Assembly (NCBI GenBank): GCA_000934665.2
Contig: KZ538477.1
Coordinates: 61,330-81,329 of the forward strand
Reading direction: 5' to 3'
DNA length: 20,000 nucleotides
Origin: Catajapyx aquilonaris
Lineage: Eukaryota
Shown here one piece after another: positions 18,840-20,000 of the stretch (within the stretch, counting starts at the first letter, position 1; every line of letters starts with the position of its first letter). A model generated the notes under the pieces. The model was not told the origin of the DNA and ran no database searches. It saw only the letters and a list, made by a program, of their open reading frames with translations. A program made the translations under genes and the position numbers.

Positions 18840-19597
18840 TTATTTGGATGGCGGTGGTTGGGCAGGTCCGCCCTTGGCCCTGCTGTCGTACATGGCCAAC
18901 CCTTTCTTCACAAGCTTCAGGTTGACGCCGTTGGGCACTGGAAAGGTGAACACGCCCATTTGGGACACGGCTTCCAGATTATTCGCAGATGCATCAAAGT
19001 ACACCATCTTGTCGTAGTCGGTGTTTGCATAATTCTTCAAACTGTGGAGAGAAAAAAAAAAGAGTTTGCGATTGGTCTTCACTATATATGTACACATGCA
19101 ATTGTACGTACACTTTGATATGATCAGTCTTGCATCCAGGGTAAATTGCCTTGAAGTCAATTACTTCGTCCCATCCAAATAAGTGCAGCAGCTGTTTGGT
19201 CCCCGAGATGTCCGTTGTGTTGGAGGCCACCGCAGTTAGGATGCCCCTTGACCTCAGGTAGTCCAGGACCAGTCGGACTTGCAGATGGGCCGACACCACC
19301 TTCTTATTCTTGTCGAGGACATCACCTTGTCTGTAAAGCGCACCATCACATTATTATTATTATGCCGTCCACATATACTATACGGACTCACAAGTTTTTG
19401 TAGAAAGGACCGGTGACTTGCGTGTCAGCCCAAAATGGCCACCACGTGTTGTCTGCGAAAGAATAAGCCGGGAGAATAAAAGATGTGTCAGGATACATAA
19501 TATGCTTCATACCTGTTTCAAAAATAACTAGTTCTGGTTTCATCTCATCAGTGGATACCGGTTGCACCACGACCTTATTCTTCCCTTTTCCAGACAT
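18840..19597 (-). CDS. MDP1: Magnesium-dependent phosphatase 1-like HAD protein with degenerate active site, 188 aa; exons 19597-19513, 19452-19392, 19330-19112, 19041-18840
   Basis: The spliced product PELVIFETDNTWWPFWADTQVTGPF...AVASNTTDISGTKQLLHLFGW...IYPGCKTDH...MVYFDASANN...MGV...NGVNL is colinear with recalled MDP-1 ([21 protein letters not shown]...ASRT...IYPGSK..H...MIFFDDE.RN). GT-AG introns of 60, 61 and 70 nt; 567 nt in frame. Confidence 0.9.
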
Positions 19598-19650
19598 CCT
19601 GCCTTCGCAGCAGGAGGTGTACTACGCACACATAATAATAACACCGTTAC

Positions 19651-19933
19651 TTAGCAACGCTCAGCAACAATATACAAAAGCTGCAGGCGGCGGAAAGGTA
19701 CGACCTGCACGACCTGAAGGAAATGTGCGAGGTGCACTTGGCCCCGACAGATGGACATGAGCAACTTCCACACTACGCTAGACCAGGCCGTCACTTTCAA
19801 CTGTTCCTATCTGAAGAGGAAGTGGGCCTCCGAGTACTTTCTGGAGTACATGAAATCAGAATTTTGGGACGATGCAGTTGCTTTGATCCCGGCCAAAGTT
19901 CTTTTCGAAGCAGTAAAATCCATCAATCCCTGA
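19651..19933 (+). pseudogene. Frameshifted BTB C-terminus/BACK-like fragment (SPOP-like)
   Basis: The frame at 19681 reads LQAAERYDLHDLKEMCEVHLA (compare AADKYxLxxLKxxCExxL). After a 1-nt shift at the CCCC run 19742-19745 it continues RQMDMSNFHTTLDQAVTFNCSYLKRK (compare LxxxNxxxxLxxAxxxxxxxLK). In-frame stops lie upstream at 19633-19641. Confidence 0.65.
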
Positions 19934-20000
19934 CCTCTCATGCTTCTTGCATGTCCCGAGAGAGTTACCCAGAGTAATTTTTCATGAAGATAATGGTAAT

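Overview
Eukaryotic, almost certainly arthropod, genomic DNA: GT-AG introns (many 60-70 nt), septate-junction claudins, an ionotropic receptor and TTAGG-like repeats. Minus strand 2570-11102 is a claudin (PMP22/claudin superfamily, sinuous/kune-kune type) locus with THREE N-terminal modules (TM1 + first extracellular loop) but only TWO C-terminal modules (TM2-TM4). All junctions are phase 1, which suggests alternative first exons that swap the extracellular loop. Next come the last three exons of a PfkB-family (pseudouridine kinase-like) gene on + (12370-13043, 5' exons not seen) and an intronless divergent ionotropic receptor on - (13433-15295). Directly upstream of the receptor is a single-C2H2-finger ORF that could splice into it in frame. 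These are followed by a six-finger C2H2 gene (16637-17689), an intact four-exon MDP-1-like HAD protein with substituted catalytic residues (probable pseudophosphatase, 18840-19597) and a frameshifted BTB/BACK remnant (about 19650-19933). Non-coding DNA holds a V-domain tRNA-SINE, Tc1/mariner- and PIF/Harbinger-type MITEs, a 149-bp satellite, 26-29-bp minisatellites and (ATT)n tracts. Family assignments come from recalled motifs; no database search was run.
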